Below are positions 16,178 to 19,577 of a stretch of DNA of 19,577 nt, piece by piece. Below the pieces are notes generated by a model. That model searched no databases and was not told the origin of the DNA. It saw only the letters and a program-made list of their open reading frames with translations. Source of the stretch: a virus (lineage: Duplodnaviria > Heunggongvirae > Uroviricota > Caudoviricetes); IMG/VR virus record IMGVR_UViG_2698536387_000012. One strand, written 5' to 3'. The stretch's first letter is position 1, and every line of letters begins with the position of its first letter. The translations under genes and the position numbers were made by a program.

Positions 16178-16753
16178 ATGGATTTCGACACAATCATGGA
16201 AAAGGCTTACGAAGAATACTTCGAAGGCCTTGCCGAAGGCGAAGAAGCTCTCAGCTTCAGTGAGTTTAAACAGGAACTCAGAATAAGAATGTGCTCTCAC
16301 AATGACGCGGAGCACAAATATGAGAAGCAAAATCAGACCGCAGAAAATTTTGTTCTGGAACCCGGAGAAACGCTTTTCAAAATTCCCGTTACGTGCCCCA
16401 TTTGCGGTTTTACATCAGAAGAACTTGACGACTCCTGTAACAATCAGGAAACAACCAAGTATGTCGAAGATGATACCGAGTGCGCACGAAGAACGATTAT
16501 ATCCACGAGTCCAAACTCCAGGACCAATAAATCTCACTATGAGAGGGTGATTAATCCACTCCCCCAAACCAATAAAAAAGATGCCGGAGGACAAAAAACC
16601 CAATGGAACAACGGGATATCTGTCAAAAAAAGACGTTCCATTAAAGACAAACAACGCAGCGCCAACAACTGTAAGAGCTTTATACCAGTAATCAATTTTC
16701 ATGTTCTTAAGCGGATTTATTGGTGGTTGCGACATTGCTTAATGAATCCTTAA
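16178..16753 (+). CDS. Hypothetical protein, 191 aa, in the ydfB/ydfC position
   Basis: ATG at 16178 with AGGTGAG upstream, 1 nt after the ydfA stop; internal CPICGF motif; the C-terminal half is low-complexity (K/N/Q/S-rich) and overlaps an antisense hydrophobic ORF (16415-16735). Confidence 0.45.
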   Translation: MDFDTIMEKAYEEYFEGLAEGEEALSFSEFKQELRIRMCSHNDAEHKYEKQNQTAENFVLEPGETLFKIPVTCPICGFTSEELDDSCNNQETTKYVEDDTECARRTIISTSPNSRTNKSHYERVINPLPQTNKKDAGGQKTQWNNGISVKKRRSIKDKQRSANNCKSFIPVINFHVLKRIYWWLRHCLMNP

Positions 16754-17012
16754 AACTGTGGTGATTTTAAGGATACCACCTCGCCTGACGTGGTTAAAAG
16801 CAGGCACACAACACGAAAGCGCACGGCGAAGTTCGTCTCACTGTACGGTGTCGTTAAATTTAATTCGACCGTGCGCTTCCGGTTGTGGCAACCCGCAAAA
16901 TGGCGCGGCGGTAAGTATGGCGGGGTTATTCCTTCCCCGTTGAGGACACCGGGTTGTCAGGTTGACCATACGCTTAAGTGACAACCCCGCTGCAACGCCC
17001 TCTGTTATCAAT

Positions 17013-17070
17013 TTTCTGGTGACGTTTGGCGGTATCAGTTTTACTCCGTGACTGCTCTGCCGCCCTTTTT
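17013..17070 (+). ncRNA. dicF: DicF small RNA (cell-division inhibitor sRNA)
   Basis: Matches DicF as I recall it: UUUCUGGUGACGUUUGGCGGUAUCAGUUUUACUCCGUGACUGCUCUGCCGCCCUUUUU; ends in a terminator-like stem plus U-tract; sits upstream of dicB. Confidence 0.85.
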
Positions 17071-17239
17071 AAAGTGAATTTTGTGATGCGGTGAATACGG
17101 CTAAGCGCACGCGGAACAGTTAAAACCAAAAACAGTGTTATGGGTGGATTCTCTGTATCCGACGTTAATTGTTAACTGGTTAACGTCACCTGGAGGCACC
17201 AGGCACTGCATCACAAAATTCATTGTTGAGGACGCGATA

Positions 17240-17428
17240 ATGAAAACGTTATTACCAAACGTTAATACGTCTGAAGGTTGTTTTGAAATTGGTGTCACTA
17301 TCAGTAACCCTGTATTTACTGAAGATGCCATTAACAAGAGAAAACAAGAACGGGAGCTATTAAATAAAATATGCATTGTTTCAATGCTGGCTCGTTTACG
17401 TCTGATGCCAAAAGGATGTGCACAATGA
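17240..17428 (+). CDS. dicB: DicB cell-division inhibitor, 62 aa
   Basis: MKTLLPNVNTSEGCFEIGVTISNPVFTEDAINKRKQERELLNKICIVSMLARLRLMPKGCAQ; GAGGA upstream. The track ORF includes an unsupported N-terminal extension. Confidence 0.9.
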   Translation: MKTLLPNVNTSEGCFEIGVTISNPVFTEDAINKRKQERELLNKICIVSMLARLRLMPKGCAQ

Positions 17429-17616
17429 ATTCAGCATTTGCGCTTGTTCTGACAGTTTTTCTTGTTTCCGGAGTGCCAGTTGATATTGCAGTCAGTGTTC
17501 ACAGGACAATGCAGGAGTGTATGACTGCAGCAACCGAACAGAAAATTCCCGGTAACTGTTACCCGGTCGATAAAGTTATTCACCAGGATAATATCGAAAT
17601 CCCGGCAGGTCTTTAA
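17425..17616 (+). CDS. ydfD: YdfD, 63 aa, membrane-associated lysis protein
   Basis: MNSAFALVLTVFLVSGVPVDIAVSVHRTMQECMTAATEQKIPGNCYPVDKVIHQDNIEIPAGL; start overlaps the dicB stop (ATGA). Confidence 0.85.
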   Translation: MNSAFALVLTVFLVSGVPVDIAVSVHRTMQECMTAATEQKIPGNCYPVDKVIHQDNIEIPAGL

Positions 17617-17709
17617 AACAGTTCCGTAATAAATATCCGGTTTCATTCTTATATGCCAGCAATGGCAGGGATTTGTTCATCCTTAAATCTGTCATGAGGT
17701 TAAAACAAA

Positions 17710-19577
17710 ATGAGTAAAGTCTTTATTTGCGCCGCTATTCCTGACGAACTGGCAACAAGGGAAGAAGGCGCTGTGGCTGTAGCCACAGCCATTGAAGCTG
17801 GCGACGAACGCCGTGCTCGAGCAAAATTTCACTGGCAGTTCCTGGAACATTATCCGGCTGCTCAGGACTGCGCTTATAAATTTATTGTCTGCGAGGATAA
17901 ACCTGGCATACCCCGCCCTGCCCTCGATTCATGGGATGCTGAATATATGCAGGAAAACCGCTGGGATGAGGGGGCTGCTTCCTTTGTCCCGGTTGAGACT
18001 GAATCAGATCCGATGAACGTCGCTTTTGACAAGCTGGCCCCTGAAGTACAGAACGCTGTCATGGTTAAGTTCGACACATGTGAAAACATCACCGTTGATA
18101 TGGTTATTAGCGCACAGGAATTGTTGCAGGAAGACATGGCAACATTCGACGGACATATCGTTGAAGCGTTGATGAAAATGCCAGAAGTTAACGCCATGTA
18201 TCCGGAGCTTAAGTTGCACGCCATTGGGTGGGTTAAGCATAAATGTATTCCTGGTGCTAAATGGCCCGAAATTCAGGCAGAGATGCGCATCTGGAAAAAA
18301 CGTCGCGAAGGTGAACGCAAGGAAACCGGAAAATACACGTCTGTTGTTGATCTCGCCCGCGCCAGAGCCAATCAACAGTACACTGAAAATTCAACAGGAA
18401 AAATCAGCCCGGTCATTGCTGCCATTCATCGCGAATACAAGCAGACATGGAAAACACTGGATGACGAACTGGCCTACGCTCTCTGGCCTGGTGATGTGGA
18501 TGCCGGAAACATTGACGGCAGCATCCATCGCTGGGCAAAAAAAGAAGTTATCGACAACGACCGCGAAGACTGGAAGCGTATCTCGGCATCAATGCGCAAA
18601 CAGCCTGATGCCCTTCGCTACGACCGCCAGACTATTTTTGGCCTTGTCCGTGAGCGTCCGATCGACATTCACAAAGATCCCGTAGCACTGAACAAATATA
18701 CCTGCGAATACCTGACGACAAAGGGCGCGTTTGAGAATGAAGAAACAGACCTGGGCACTGTTGATGTTCTCCAGTCATCAGAAACACAAACTGATGCAGT
18801 GGAAACTGAGGTATCTGATATCCCAAAAAATGAAACCGCGCCGGAAGCTGAACCATCTGTAGAGCGTGAGGGGCCGTTCTATTTCCTCTTCGCAGATAAG
18901 GACGGAGAAAAATACGGTCGCGCAAACAAACTTTCTGGTCTGGATAAGGCAAGCACATACACGGGCTTACCGCAAAATGTAGATACCGCTGAAGATTCAG
19001 AACAACCAGAGCCGATAAAAGTTACCGCTGACGAAGTAAACAAAATTATGCAGGCAGCCAATATCAGCCAGCCTGACGCCGATAAGTTGCTTGCTGCATC
19101 ACGTGGTGAATTTGTTGAAGGGATTAGTGACCCGAATGATCCGAAATGGGTTAAGGGGATCCAGACCCGCGATTCTGTGAACCAGAACCAGCATGAATCG
19201 GAACGGAACTACCAAAAAGCGGAACAAAACAGTCCAAATGCGTTACAAAACGAGCCAGAAACGAAACAGCCTGAACCAGTGGCGCAACAGGAAGTGGAAA
19301 AAGCCTGCACCGCCTGCGGTCAGACCGGCGGCGGCAACTGCCCTGATTGTGGCGCGGTGATGGGCGACGCAACATACCAAGAAACATTCGATGAAGAGTA
19401 TCAGGTTGAAGTTCAGGAAGATGATCCGGAGGAAATGGAAGGCGCTGAACATCCACACAAGGAGAACACTGGCGGCAATCAGCATCACAATAGCGATAAT
19501 GAAACTGGCGAGACGGCAGATCACCCAATTAAGGTGAACGGTCATCACGAAATCACATCCACCAGCAGGACGTGTGA
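17710..19577 (+). CDS. ydfE: YdfE-like protein, 3'-partial (more than 622 aa, open to the window end)
   Basis: Hand translation from ATG at 17710 (GAGGT 9 nt upstream) shows no stop through 19577; acidic, with a CxxC-N9-CPDC zinc-ribbon-like motif near 19306-19350. Not in the ORF track because it has no stop in the window. Confidence 0.7.
   Translation, partial: MSKVFICAAIPDELATREEGAVAVATAIEAGDERRARAKFHWQFLEHYPAAQDCAYKFIVCEDKPGIPRPALDSWDAEYMQENRWDEGAASFVPVETESDPMNVAFDKLAPEVQNAVMVKFDTCENITVDMVISAQELLQEDMATFDGHIVEALMKMPEVNAMYPELKLHAIGWVKHKCIPGAKWPEIQAEMRIWKKRREGERKETGKYTSVVDLARARANQQYTENSTGKISPVIAAIHREYKQTWKTLDDELAYALWPGDVDAGNIDGSIHRWAKKEVIDNDREDWKRISASMRKQPDALRYDRQTIFGLVRERPIDIHKDPVALNKYTCEYLTTKGAFENEETDLGTVDVLQSSETQTDAVETEVSDIPKNETAPEAEPSVEREGPFYFLFADKDGEKYGRANKLSGLDKASTYTGLPQNVDTAEDSEQPEPIKVTADEVNKIMQAANISQPDADKLLAASRGEFVEGISDPNDPKWVKGIQTRDSVNQNQHESERNYQKAEQNSPNALQNEPETKQPEPVAQQEVEKACTACGQTGGGNCPDCGAVMGDATYQETFDEEYQVEVQEDDPEEMEGAEHPHKENTGGNQHHNSDNETGETADHPIKVNGHHEITSTSRTC

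Noticed and set aside
17792-19548. Track ORFs inside or antisense to the ydfE-like gene (17792..18016, 17874..18224, 18004..18375, 18224..18685, 18632..18958, 18879..19061, 19151..19528, 19243..19548)
   Set aside because: All overlap a single long uninterrupted plus-strand frame with an SD; the alternatives are low-complexity and lack start signals.

Overview
This 19.6-kb window reads as a contiguous stretch of a lambdoid, Qin-like cryptic prophage of Escherichia/Shigella. Gene names are assigned from my recollection of the E. coli K-12 Qin prophage and from motifs visible in the translations; no database search was run. Left to right: a gene start translationally coupled to a Nu1-type small terminase (nohA-like) with a lambda-like cos site about 180 bp upstream; a cluster of small accessory genes (ynfO-like, ydfO, gnsB, ynfN, cspI); a minus-strand lysis cassette (Rz/Rz1 spanins, SAR endolysin, ydfR, dual-start pinholin essQ); cspB and cspF; the Q antiterminator with a PR'-like promoter and tR'-like hairpin; ydfU, rem, and the relB-relE-hokD toxin-antitoxin operon with its relO operator and terminator; flxA with a sigma-28 promoter; a DDE transposase gene whose element ends I could not define; a replication module (O-like initiator carrying an intragenic iteron array, plus a YdaT-like gene); the dicC/dicA switch with a recurring operator motif; and the dicB operon (ydfA, a 191-aa ORF, DicF sRNA, dicB, ydfD, and a long ydfE-like ORF running off the window). 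No tRNA, rRNA or CRISPR array was seen. I did not find a single obviously undescribed system; the most promising leads are the intragenic origin, the operator set, the cos region, the accessory-gene cluster and several unannotated small ORFs.
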